Shown here: piece by piece, positions 38,505 through 47,802 of the stretch | Layout: each line of letters opens with the position of its first letter | How positions within the stretch are numbered: the first letter of the stretch is position 1 | Assembly (NCBI GenBank): GCA_964531225.1 | Contig: CAZHDB010000005.1 | Coordinates: forward strand, 7,350-71,349 | DNA from: an uncultured Desulfurococcaceae archaeon | Lineage (GTDB): Archaea; Thermoproteota; Thermoprotei_A; Sulfolobales; Desulfurococcaceae | Direction of reading: 5' to 3' | DNA length: 64,000 bases | The notes under the pieces: generated by a model | What the model was told of the DNA's origin: nothing | Seen by the model: only the letters and a program-made list of their open reading frames with translations | Database searches by the model: none | Translations under genes and position numbers: made by a program

Positions 38505-38557
38505 GTGATGAGGGCACTCGGGAATGAACATAGATGATTATTTTCCTGCATCACTGA
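38505..38557 (+). ncRNA. C/D box sRNA candidate
   Basis: GTGATGA-12 nt(GGGCACTCGGGA)-ATGA-6 nt-ATGATTA-13 nt(TTTTCCTGCATCA)-CTGA, 53 nt. The D' box ATGA contains the annotated ATG of 38524..39330. C' is degenerate. Confidence 0.5.
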
Positions 38558-39330
38558 CTAAACCACATGCCTTAAATGTCAAGAGAATTAAATCTAATCT
38601 CGAGTCATGGTTTTCTATAGATAAATATATGGCTTTAAGGGCAAGATTATTGGCTATTGAGTTTCTTAGACTGCTTAAGAGAAGAGCCTCATATAAACAC
38701 TTATCAGAAATTACGGGCGTTTCTCAATCCGTTTTATGCCGTTATGTACGTGGCTCTATAGTACCTAGTTTCTCCCAGTCAATAAATATTTTGGCATCAT
38801 TGGCTTCAGCCATTAATATAGATAATATCATTAAGAGATTTCTTGAGAAGGAACAATCGATTGTAATTGATCTATCTAGACTACTTAAAGATCCATACTT
38901 GGTAAAAATAATAGCCTTTATACTTCTTGCTGAACTTGCCGGTAAGAAAATCGATAAAATCGTTGTTGGGAGTCCCACGGTTTTGCCTATAGCAACTATT
39001 ATATCATTAGAACTTGGTAGCAACATCGTTCTTGTTAAGAGAAGAAAATATCCTAATGTAAGTTATTATGAAGAAGTCATTGTTAGGTCTATGAAGGATG
39101 TTGAAACATTATATGTTGATAGGGATATGATTAGTAGGAGAGATAATATCGTTATTATAACCGACTTAGTAATTACTGGTAGGACTTTAAGGGCATTACT
39201 AAATATTGCGGCTAGAGCCAGGGCAGTAGTTACTGATGTAATTGCCATTGTTGCTATAGGTACTGAATGGAGGAAGCGGGTTGGAAAGAGTATTGTTTAC
39301 TTAAGTCATATAGAGAAGCCTATGTTTTAG
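38524..39330 (+). CDS. HTH domain fused to a phosphoribosyltransferase-like domain (putative metabolite-sensing regulator)
   Basis: HTH segment HLSEITGVSQSVLCRYVRG. PRPP-binding loop NIVIITDLVITGRTL. The start is uncertain because of the sRNA overlap; the next Met is codon 36. Confidence 0.6.
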   Translation: MNIDDYFPASLTKPHALNVKRIKSNLESWFSIDKYMALRARLLAIEFLRLLKRRASYKHLSEITGVSQSVLCRYVRGSIVPSFSQSINILASLASAINIDNIIKRFLEKEQSIVIDLSRLLKDPYLVKIIAFILLAELAGKKIDKIVVGSPTVLPIATIISLELGSNIVLVKRRKYPNVSYYEEVIVRSMKDVETLYVDRDMISRRDNIVIITDLVITGRTLRALLNIAARARAVVTDVIAIVAIGTEWRKRVGKSIVYLSHIEKPMF

Positions 39331-39406
39331 TTGACTATTCATACCACTATTTTATTAAGCTTAGATCATAAATAATATTTTAGTAGGGGAATGAGGTGTA
39401 CACTAT

Positions 39407-39823
39407 ATGAGGATTAAGGAGATCGTTAAAGTTGATAGTAAAGGTAGAATAACTATTCCTCTTGTTATTAGGGAAGCACTGGATATACGGGAGGGAATGA
39501 ATGTACTATTAATTGCTGATATTAGTAAAAAAGAAGTTATTGTATCGCCTATATCTGAAGAAGCTCGGCTATTGGAAATAGAGTTTGAATTAGAAGACAG
39601 ACCTGGCGCCTTAGCTGAAGTTGTAAGTGAACTTGCTAGACAGGGTGTTGATATGATTATAACTAGGTGTACCGCTTTAAAACGCGGTGAAACAGCTGAA
39701 TGCCTTGTAGTAGCAGATACATCTAAATCTACAATAACTGCTGAAAAAGAACTTGAGAGACTACTTAGCCGCCTTGAACCTATTAGAATGGTTAAAGTAA
39801 GATCTTTTCAAAAATCATTATAA
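39407..39823 (+). CDS. AbrB/SpoVT-domain protein fused to an ACT domain
   Basis: N-terminal VDSKGRITIPLVIREAL (SpoVT-AbrB). C-terminal LEDRPGALAEVVSELARQGVDM (ACT). Confidence 0.65.
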   Translation: MRIKEIVKVDSKGRITIPLVIREALDIREGMNVLLIADISKKEVIVSPISEEARLLEIEFELEDRPGALAEVVSELARQGVDMIITRCTALKRGETAECLVVADTSKSTITAEKELERLLSRLEPIRMVKVRSFQKSL

Positions 39824-39980
39824 AATAAGGATCTTAAGAATAACTGATGTTTATGAATAAATAAGGGAGTTATTATACTATTCTGAGTTTGCTTCAAAGA
39901 TCATTGCTTCATCGCTTATAAAATGACGTCTTATTAAATATTTTTAGGAATTGCTATATATCACTATCTAGGTGTAGTGT

Positions 39981-40757
39981 ATGGAATTAACCATACGTGT
40001 TGGATGTTGCGGGTTTCCTGTATCACGAAGGAAATACTATAATACATTTTCATTAGTTGAGTTACAAAACACTTTCTATAATCTTCCTTCAATTCAATGG
40101 GTAGAAAGTCTGAGAAAAGAAATACCTAAAGGGTTTATTATAACTATGAAGGCGTGGCAAGTAATAACGCATCCAAGTAAGAGTCCTACATGGAAAAAAC
40201 TTAAGGAGAAACCAAGTGGCATATTGGAGAACTATGGATGGCTTAAGCCTACTAATGAAAATATCGTTGCATGGGAAAAAGTATTGGATATAGCTGTGAA
40301 ACTAGATGCAAAAGTTATTGTTCTTCAAACTCCGGCTTCAATGCCATATAGCGATGAATCCATTAATTGGACTAAGGAGTTTTTCAAACAAATAACATCA
40401 ATTACTCCGAAAAATATAGTCATTGGATGGGAGCCCCGTGGACAATGGGTTAATGGAGAGGCACTGAGTGTACTTCGAAGTATACTTAAGGAGTATAATA
40501 TAACCCATATAGTTGATCTTTTTAGGAGAAAACCTGTGTACATACATGGGATTAATTATGTTAGATTACATGGTATAGGAAAGGGTGAGACGAACTATAA
40601 GTATAAATATACAGATGAGGATCTTGAGAAACTATATGAGATGCTCTTGGAGATCGGTTATAGGGAGAACTTCATACTATTTAATAATGTCCATATGTTT
40701 AACGACGGACAAAGATTCAAGCAGGTACTAGTCGGCAAGGGAATAAATGTACTATAG
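39981..40757 (+). CDS. DUF72 family protein
   Basis: N-terminal pattern VGCCGFP....YY..FSLVELQNTFYNLP is characteristic of DUF72/UPF0759. Confidence 0.6.
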   Translation: MELTIRVGCCGFPVSRRKYYNTFSLVELQNTFYNLPSIQWVESLRKEIPKGFIITMKAWQVITHPSKSPTWKKLKEKPSGILENYGWLKPTNENIVAWEKVLDIAVKLDAKVIVLQTPASMPYSDESINWTKEFFKQITSITPKNIVIGWEPRGQWVNGEALSVLRSILKEYNITHIVDLFRRKPVYIHGINYVRLHGIGKGETNYKYKYTDEDLEKLYEMLLEIGYRENFILFNNVHMFNDGQRFKQVLVGKGINVL

Positions 40758-40845
40758 AGGCCTTCATCCCTCAATATGGGCTACCCTCATCGGGGTGGGG
40801 CATCACTGTCCCCCGCCGCGGATACCATATGTCATCGGTACGGCC
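40758..40845. other. GC-rich (about 60% by hand count) structured island of unknown function
   Basis: Nested complementarity: GGCC (40759-40762)/GGCC (40842-40845), ATATGG (40774-40779)/CCATAT (40825-40830), GGTGGGG (40794-40800)/CCCCGCC (40811-40817). TCATCGG occurs twice. Confidence 0.3.
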
Positions 40846-40931
40846 AATTGATATTTTAGACAAGGGAACAGATTAATTTTGTTGTATATAATTATTTTCT
40901 ATGGAGAAAGTATATTGGAGGTTTAAAGATA

Positions 40932-41186
40932 TTGACTATTTATTGGGAAAGATGTAGCGTATGTGGTAAATACCATGTACTGAAGCAATGTATCCTTGAT
41001 GAAGACCTAATGGTGTGTCCTTATTGCTGTTTAATATGTCCTAAAAGAAATATTTGTCATAATCCAACATGGCTTCCGACTTTAAAGATCGCTATTAAAG
41101 CCGAGGCTAGACCTAGGAAGCGTGAAGCTGAAAAGATAATATTGGATCTACTTAGTAGACTCGAGGAGAGTGAAAAGAAGAGCTAA
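40932..41186 (+). CDS. Cys-rich small protein (putative metal-binding)
   Basis: 84 aa containing CSVCG...C....CPYCCLICPKRNICH. TTG start. Confidence 0.4.
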   Translation: MTIYWERCSVCGKYHVLKQCILDEDLMVCPYCCLICPKRNICHNPTWLPTLKIAIKAEARPRKREAEKIILDLLSRLEESEKKS

Positions 41187-41938
41187 GCTGACCTAGGCGC
41201 TATCCAATATATTATAGAACCGCCTGTTGGTAATTCAAATTCTACTCTCAATGGCTTATCTGTATCAAATTGAATTTCAACATTTTTGGATGCGGCTGCA
41301 GCTTTTAAAGTAGCTTCTAATAAACCAATACTATATCTTGCAAGAGCCTTTTCAACTGTAGCCGTTAATGTGATCAGTGGATTATCTTGTTCAAATATTC
41401 CTTCATATTCCTTTTGTTGTGCCATGGATTTTATAACGAGCTTCCCGTCTTTATACATGAATATGGCTTCTTCACCAACTATTTTCAGATCCCTTATAAT
41501 GTTCTTATAATCATCAGATAACATGCGTGCAGATACGGCCAATTCTATAGAAGGTTCTGGAAGCCTCTCAGAAACTCTTTCCTTCAAACTCAACAGGAAT
41601 ACACGTTCAATACCTGTCTTTTTATCCTTAAACATAAACTTTAGCATTTTATTTTCGCTATCAAGTTCTAGTATAACAAGATCATTTCTAGTGCCTCTGC
41701 GAGCAATACGATTAAACTCGTCGGAACCAATAACAAAGAAAGTCTCTTCTTCACAAATGTACTCTTCAAAAGCTATTGACGGTATTTTTAATATCGTCAT
41801 AGTGGTCTTATCAGGACTTAGTACACGTACCTCGAGAGCGTCAGGTTCTGCATAGAAAGGTATTTCATCAACTATCTTTGCTAATGTTTGGGCTACGTAT
41901 TTAAACTTTGATGCTGATGGATAAATGGCCCTAAACAT
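41183..41938 (-). CDS. pcn: DNA polymerase sliding clamp (PCNA)
   Basis: 251 aa with an N-terminus MFRAIYPSASKFKYVAQTLAKIVDE and a two-domain PCNA-like layout. Confidence 0.8.
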   Translation of the reverse strand: MFRAIYPSASKFKYVAQTLAKIVDEIPFYAEPDALEVRVLSPDKTTMTILKIPSIAFEEYICEEETFFVIGSDEFNRIARRGTRNDLVILELDSENKMLKFMFKDKKTGIERVFLLSLKERVSERLPEPSIELAVSARMLSDDYKNIIRDLKIVGEEAIFMYKDGKLVIKSMAQQKEYEGIFEQDNPLITLTATVEKALARYSIGLLEATLKAAAASKNVEIQFDTDKPLRVEFELPTGGSIIYWIAPRSA

Positions 41939-42035
41939 ATATCTTCACCTTAGCTGGATACCACGTCTATATCCTATATATCGTTGACGAATTATATTAA
42001 CCTATAGTGTAATTCTTTTACATGGGTGTAATGCT

Positions 42036-42422
42036 TTGGCTTCGATAGAGATAGTAATTGATCTTGGTAAATACAAATATATAGATCTACCATTGGATAA
42101 AGCCATAGAATTTGTTGATAAGGCTATCGAAATATATGGTGAGACGTTAGATCTTAGTGAGACAAGTAGGTATGTAAAGAATTTTGATGAATTCTATGGA
42201 TACATGAGGAGAAAATTTAAGGATTTTATAGCACCTCCTAAATCATCTAGGGAAGTAGTTCTTGGTAAAACCTTTATCCACAAGGTTAAATTGTATGTTC
42301 ATGGTTCTAATGAGAAAAGAGTATTGCTAGTAGTTGATCGACGAGTTCCTCTAGATATTCTAAAGAAAATACTTAATGATATTGGCTATGATAATGTAAA
42401 GGTTGAAAAGAGCCTATTTTGA
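42036..42422 (+). CDS. Hypothetical protein
   Basis: 128-aa ORF with a TTG start and no motif. Confidence 0.35.
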   Translation: MASIEIVIDLGKYKYIDLPLDKAIEFVDKAIEIYGETLDLSETSRYVKNFDEFYGYMRRKFKDFIAPPKSSREVVLGKTFIHKVKLYVHGSNEKRVLLVVDRRVPLDILKKILNDIGYDNVKVEKSLF

Positions 42423-42755
42423 TTTTTTACTAGCCTTACTTTTCTTGCTTTTGCTACTCTTTTTAGCACTTTTTCTAGATTTTTTACCTTTTTTAGATGA
42501 TTTCTTTGATTTGGTCTTCTTTTTAGCCTTTTTCTTTGCCTCAGCCAACTCCTTTTTTATTTTTATTCTCGCAGTCCTCCTTCTTGTCATAATCTTTGCT
42601 AGTTCATCAATGGGTATTGCTCCCTCAAGAAACCTATACCAGAGCTCGGTTTTTACAATAAACTCGTTGAAATCTATAAGGGAGATCTCTTTGGCTTTTT
42701 TCTCAGCTTCAATATATTCTTCTGGAATAATTGCTTCTTCATATTCTTCGGCCAA
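42414..42755 (-). CDS. Rpo13-like protein (crenarchaeal RNA polymerase subunit candidate) with Lys/Ser-rich tail
   Basis: Acidic N-terminus. The core ISLIDFNEFIVKTELWYRFLEGAIPIDELAKIM resembles, from memory, the Sulfolobus Rpo13 helix-turn-helix. The roughly 45-aa tail is KKKAKKKTKSKKSSKK... Confidence 0.5.
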   Translation of the reverse strand: MAEEYEEAIIPEEYIEAEKKAKEISLIDFNEFIVKTELWYRFLEGAIPIDELAKIMTRRRTARIKIKKELAEAKKKAKKKTKSKKSSKKGKKSRKSAKKSSKSKKSKASKKSK

Positions 42756-42871
42756 CTATTAACCACCATTTAGAGCATATTCTCTATAGACGGTGTAGAA
42801 CATGAGTCTCAAAACTTATATTTATTACTATACTTTAGATATTTAAGAATTACCGTACCATTTAGGACCAT

Positions 42872-44845
42872 TTAGGCTGCGTTTAGTAATATGGATGTAT
42901 CTATTAAGTATGTTTTATTTTCAATATTAGCTATTGCATGATGTTTTGGTAAACTGGATATAGCAATTTTTAAAACATTAATCTTTTGACTGTGTAGGTA
43001 ACCTGCTAAGCTTTTTGATATATAGTCTAGATTTCTGTATTCCCCTATATTAAATACAATTTTTATTGATGTATTGAGTATTACTGATTCATTTAGATCT
43101 AGTGGTTGTTGACTAATAATGATCATTCCGATTCCATATTTTCTACTCTCCATTAAAAGTCTCGATATTAAAGCCTTGCTTCTACTCCTTTTAAATAATA
43201 GATGGGCTTCGTCAATAACTATAGTAGCTTCTCTTTTTCTAAATGTGTACATCGCATTAATGAGTTTATACATTAATGTGTCAACATATAATGCCCGCGC
43301 ATGATCCGATGGCAATGATGCAAGTAGTACCACTGTTGGCTTTGTAAGCAATGTTTGCAAACCGATCTTGGTTTCCATAAAGATATTTGATAATAACATT
43401 CTAAGATAAGCTCTTAATCTTTCAAGAGTTAACCTGTATTGGTCACTTATTTCTCCTTCAAGTAATTCATTTAAAACTTGATATACATCATAAAATGTGG
43501 GGGCGGGCTTATCCCATGTAGAACTATTGTCATCGAATATACCATGCGCCTCATAGGTTTTAAGAATTACTTCTTCAAGGGCGTTTCTTTGTATATAACC
43601 AAGTCCATATATCGATTGTATTATATCTGCTAATTCAATAGCCCTTTCCCTAGGTGATCTGCCTTCTAAGTCCAAGGGATTGATCGAAGCTTTATCGGCT
43701 TCTAACAAGTTCACATCTTTACCCAAATACTCTAGTAGGTCTATGTATTCATTGTGATGATCAATTATGAGGAAGGGTATTTCATACTTTTTATAAATTT
43801 GTATAGCTAGGTTTTTAGCTAATGAAGACTTGCCTGTACCACTTGCCCCAAATATAGATACATGTCTATTCTTTAGCTTATCTAAATCTATTACTATGGG
43901 TTTTTCTATTTTCTTCCAATACCAAGTTTTCTTTCCTTTTTTAAAGCTTTCAAGTATAGGCTTCTGATCTATTTCGTAATAGGGATTATAGATTTTATCG
44001 TAGACCAATACTGCTTTTGCCATTCCCAGCAATACGCCTTTCTCCTTAGTAATAGTCCTTTCACCAACTATCAATGCAGATAGAAATAGAAGAGGATATA
44101 TAGATAAAGAGATCCATGGTAAGGCTATAGCTATTCCCGTTAATACAGGTATTAAAGATTCCTTAGACAGGACAGTTATAAGTATGGATATTATGAGGGA
44201 TAATAAAATTCCATAAAGGAACTGATGGAAAGCCTGAGATACTTCTGCCCCGGGATGTAAAGTGAAATATAGATCCTTATACATTCCTGTAAAATATAGA
44301 AAGTACATACTTATACCGGATATTGAAAATAGTAAAGCCAAGTTGGACAATAGAACATTAGTCAATATCTTGCCTAGCCTAATCCTAATTCTTTTAAATG
44401 ATGATTTAACTAGTTCTAGGTATATTCTATCATTAAACTCTCTTCTACTTAAAAATTGGTATCCTACGAATACCGCGAATCCTAAAGTTAAGGGGGGAAA
44501 TATTGAAAGAAGTAATAAAATACTACCGTATCCATAGAGATCTCCTATAACCTGCTTTAAAGAATACAGTTCCAATATTATAAATGACGCTGTTAAAACA
44601 AGGGATCTTGTCGTACCAGCTACAATAATAGTCATTAATAATGGAATAATGAAAATTGTTAAGAAATATAGTAATACATGTATAAATTGGTTTGAAAAAA
44701 TTCCAGCATTTATTCCGCCAGTCCATAAGGTGTTTAGAAAGTCTTGTAATAATTTAGGAGACGTACTAATTGTATGGACTAAGATTGTGTTTAAGGCTAG
44801 TAAGATAATCATTGTCTCTAGTTTAATATACTGACTACTGTTCAT
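42872..44845 (-). CDS. Polytopic membrane domain fused to a HerA/DUF87-type P-loop ATPase
   Basis: The N-terminal roughly 290 aa hold about 8 hydrophobic helices. The C-terminal part has Walker A GASGTGKSS, Walker B VIDEAHLLF and the ESRKYGIGMIIISQQP motif. Confidence 0.7.
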   Translation of the reverse strand: MNSSQYIKLETMIILLALNTILVHTISTSPKLLQDFLNTLWTGGINAGIFSNQFIHVLLYFLTIFIIPLLMTIIVAGTTRSLVLTASFIILELYSLKQVIGDLYGYGSILLLLSIFPPLTLGFAVFVGYQFLSRREFNDRIYLELVKSSFKRIRIRLGKILTNVLLSNLALLFSISGISMYFLYFTGMYKDLYFTLHPGAEVSQAFHQFLYGILLSLIISILITVLSKESLIPVLTGIAIALPWISLSIYPLLFLSALIVGERTITKEKGVLLGMAKAVLVYDKIYNPYYEIDQKPILESFKKGKKTWYWKKIEKPIVIDLDKLKNRHVSIFGASGTGKSSLAKNLAIQIYKKYEIPFLIIDHHNEYIDLLEYLGKDVNLLEADKASINPLDLEGRSPRERAIELADIIQSIYGLGYIQRNALEEVILKTYEAHGIFDDNSSTWDKPAPTFYDVYQVLNELLEGEISDQYRLTLERLRAYLRMLLSNIFMETKIGLQTLLTKPTVVLLASLPSDHARALYVDTLMYKLINAMYTFRKREATIVIDEAHLLFKRSRSKALISRLLMESRKYGIGMIIISQQPLDLNESVILNTSIKIVFNIGEYRNLDYISKSLAGYLHSQKINVLKIAISSLPKHHAIANIENKTYLIDTSILLNAA

Positions 44846-44919
44846 TTCTAAGCTCCAACATATTTTCTCTACAAGTATATGTTTCTATTATAAAGGGCTA
44901 TATTCATTATTCTGGAAGT

Positions 44920-47802
44920 ATGAATAGTAGAGTGGATAGTATGGATACAAAGCCCACCATAGACGTTAGAGAAGTATTTAGAGACGAATGTGTAGCTGAT
45001 TGTCTATCTAGCATAGGCTACAAAAAGATCTCTACCTTACAGTATAGGGTTTTTAAGAAAGTATTAATGGGATATACAGTCATAGTTATAGCACCTACAG
45101 GGATCGGCAAGACTGAAGCTGCAGTATTTCCCGTATTCTATAATATTAGTAGAAAGAGGATTAAGCCCATTGGAGCCATCTATGTTACTCCATTAAGAGC
45201 ACTTAATAGAGACATGGAGTATAGATTAAAGAAAATAGCCCAGTGTTTCGGTTTATCCGTGGCATTAAGACATGGCGATACGCCCCAGTCTTTAAGAAGA
45301 AAAATTAGAGAAAATCCTCCACACTTACTCATTACAACACCGGAGACTTTTCAATATATTCTTGCCGATAGTAGATTTAGAGAATATCTAGTAAATGTAA
45401 GATACGTAGTTATAGATGAATATAGGGAAATGATTACAAGTAAAAGAGGTATCGAATTATTATCTGCTATAAATATTCTTGAGAGGATAATTGGTAAAAG
45501 AATTATAAAGATAGGGTTAACAGCTACTCTAAGGAGAGTATATGAAGCATTATCTCTAATGGATAATTTATTATACTCCGATATTGTCGAGGCAAGTGTA
45601 GGTAAAGGAATGGAACTCTCTATAGAGACCCTCAGCGAAGAATATACTTCTCTTGACTATGAAGTTGATCCTGGCTTTTATAGTCGTTTATCTAGAGTTA
45701 AGGAATTAATTAATAGGTATAAATATGTCCTAGTCTTTGTTAATACAAGGGATCTTGCAGAAAGGATTGGCTGGGGCTTATCTTGTCTATTTGGCTTTAA
45801 AGATAAGGTAATGGTTCATCATGGAAGTTTGTCTAGACAACACAGGCTTAGAGCTGAGAGATTATTTAGAGATAGGAAGATTAATGCCCTAGTCGCAACA
45901 TCTAGCCTTGAACTGGGTATTGATATAGGTCATGTAGAGTATGTCGTGCAATACATGTCCCCAAGACAGGCTGTAAGACTTATTCAGAGAATTGGAAGAA
46001 GCATCCATAGAATCGAAGGTTTGCCTAGGGGGTCAATAATTACTTTGGGAAACTTCTTTGACGTACTCGAGTCAATAGTTATTGGCAGAAGAGCTCTCCT
46101 AGGTCAACTCGAGGATGAAGATATTCCTCAAAAACCGCTTGATGTACTGGCTCATCAAGTAGTTCTAAGGATTCTGGTAGAACCTGGCATTAAATATGAT
46201 GATTTATTTTTAGAATTTCATACTTCCAGAGTATTTAATGGACTGAGTGAAGAAGAGTTTAAACAAGTAGTTGACTACCTCGTGCTATCCCGTATTGTTA
46301 GGATTAGAGATAATAGACTTTATCCTAGCTATAGAGCAAAGATCTATTTCTATCGTACAACAATGATTCCAGATACAAGAAGTATAGCTGTTATCGATGT
46401 GAGCACTGGTAGGAAAATTGGTGTATTGAATGAGGAGTTCATAATACTAAATCTCGAAGAAAACTCAATACTTGTACTGGGTGGTGGTTCATGGAGAGTC
46501 ATAGGATTTGATCAGGATGAGGGCAAGCTCTATGTAGAGCCAGTTGAGGAAAAAACCCAGATCATTATACCAAGATGGGAAGGCGAAAGCATTCCTGTCG
46601 AGTATAAGGTTGCCCGAGAAATGGGTGCTTTTGTTAGACTAGCCATTGAGAGAGATCTGGATTACGCAATTAATAGGCTTGGCTACCATAATTTAAAGAT
46701 CTCCAAGGAATCCACGAAGATCATAGATAATTTACTTAATTCCATGTCATATACCGATAAAGTCTTACCTAGTGATCGTAGTATGGTTATCGAAATTAAT
46801 TCTGAGAATAAATACATCATATTATATGGGTTCTTTGGTTCAAAGGTATCTAATACGCTTAAGGAGATAATTCTTGCTTTAACTAGAAAACACATATATG
46901 CAAACGTATCGGCGTACGCTACACCATATTATATTATTGTATCATTCGAGAATTATAGGCCCAAGATCGATGATGTAAACGAAATTATTTATAGATTAAA
47001 AGCTCTAGGCAGTAATTTTAAGCTCTTCGAGAAATATGTCTCAAAGATTATAAAGGAAAGCAAAACCTTCTTATGGAGGATATTCTTCGTTGGACAGAGA
47101 TTCGGAGCCATAGATATTAGGAAGAAAGAAAAGCTCTCCAAGAGCATTCTCAAGGCCTTAGCTGATACAGTTATTGGAGTAGAAGCCTATAGAGAGACCT
47201 TGCTTAGGGATTACGATCTTATAAATACTTATCATTTATTACGAAGGTTATATATGGGGACATTGAAGGTCTATGTGTTTGTAGATCGAGAGCATGTTTA
47301 TCCATTATTTAAAGAAGCTATAAATAGGATACCTGGTTCAATAGAATTAAACGTAGTCGATCTCGAGACGTATAAACGTCGATTACTGAAGAAAAAAATC
47401 TCACTTATATGCATGATCTGTAGCTATAAATGGAGCTTAAGAGTAGAGGATGTGATTAAAGAGCATCATATAGAATGTCCTAAATGCGGCTCCAGATACG
47501 TAGCTACAGTAAAAGGTGATGGAGATAAGGAGCAGAGAATAGTGAGAAGAGTTCTTAACAAGAAGAAGCTTAGACATGACGAAAAGCAAATTTACAAAGA
47601 TCTTCAGAGACGAGGTTTACTTGTAATGGACTTTGGTCCCAAAGCTGTACTTATACTTGCGTCGCGTGGCGTTGGTTTTACTGAAGCAGTTAGAATAATA
47701 AATAAGTATAGAGGAGATGAAAAGGAATTAATTAAGTTACTTTATGAAGCTGAGAAGAAGTTCATACGCATTAAGAAGTATTTAGACAAACCTAGGGTAT
47801 AA
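44920..47802 (+). CDS. Lhr-like large superfamily 2 helicase with C-terminal zinc ribbon
   Basis: Motif I APTGIGKTEAA, DEYREM, HHGSLSRQHR and SSLELGIDIG. C-terminal CMICSY...CPKCGS. 960 aa. Confidence 0.75.
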   Translation: MNSRVDSMDTKPTIDVREVFRDECVADCLSSIGYKKISTLQYRVFKKVLMGYTVIVIAPTGIGKTEAAVFPVFYNISRKRIKPIGAIYVTPLRALNRDMEYRLKKIAQCFGLSVALRHGDTPQSLRRKIRENPPHLLITTPETFQYILADSRFREYLVNVRYVVIDEYREMITSKRGIELLSAINILERIIGKRIIKIGLTATLRRVYEALSLMDNLLYSDIVEASVGKGMELSIETLSEEYTSLDYEVDPGFYSRLSRVKELINRYKYVLVFVNTRDLAERIGWGLSCLFGFKDKVMVHHGSLSRQHRLRAERLFRDRKINALVATSSLELGIDIGHVEYVVQYMSPRQAVRLIQRIGRSIHRIEGLPRGSIITLGNFFDVLESIVIGRRALLGQLEDEDIPQKPLDVLAHQVVLRILVEPGIKYDDLFLEFHTSRVFNGLSEEEFKQVVDYLVLSRIVRIRDNRLYPSYRAKIYFYRTTMIPDTRSIAVIDVSTGRKIGVLNEEFIILNLEENSILVLGGGSWRVIGFDQDEGKLYVEPVEEKTQIIIPRWEGESIPVEYKVAREMGAFVRLAIERDLDYAINRLGYHNLKISKESTKIIDNLLNSMSYTDKVLPSDRSMVIEINSENKYIILYGFFGSKVSNTLKEIILALTRKHIYANVSAYATPYYIIVSFENYRPKIDDVNEIIYRLKALGSNFKLFEKYVSKIIKESKTFLWRIFFVGQRFGAIDIRKKEKLSKSILKALADTVIGVEAYRETLLRDYDLINTYHLLRRLYMGTLKVYVFVDREHVYPLFKEAINRIPGSIELNVVDLETYKRRLLKKKISLICMICSYKWSLRVEDVIKEHHIECPKCGSRYVATVKGDGDKEQRIVRRVLNKKKLRHDEKQIYKDLQRRGLLVMDFGPKAVLILASRGVGFTEAVRIINKYRGDEKELIKLLYEAEKKFIRIKKYLDKPRV

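Noticed and set aside
39845-39880. CTGATGT ... CTGA as a C/D sRNA
   Set aside because: The C box deviates at both ends, there is no recognisable C'/D' pair, and the spacing (32 nt) fits neither a full nor a half-mer architecture.
40758-40845. Reading the GC-rich island as an H/ACA or C/D sRNA
   Set aside because: There is no RUGAUGA/CUGA pair on either strand. The nested stems leave a 14/7-nt internal loop, but no ACA box follows the lower stem and no K-turn/K-loop GA motif sits in the right place. It is kept only as an unclassified element.
42403-42762. 119-aa plus-strand ORF rich in Leu/Phe
   Set aside because: It is the antisense of the Lys-rich (AAG/AAA) tail of the Rpo13-like gene. The composition is an artefact of poly-K codons read backwards.
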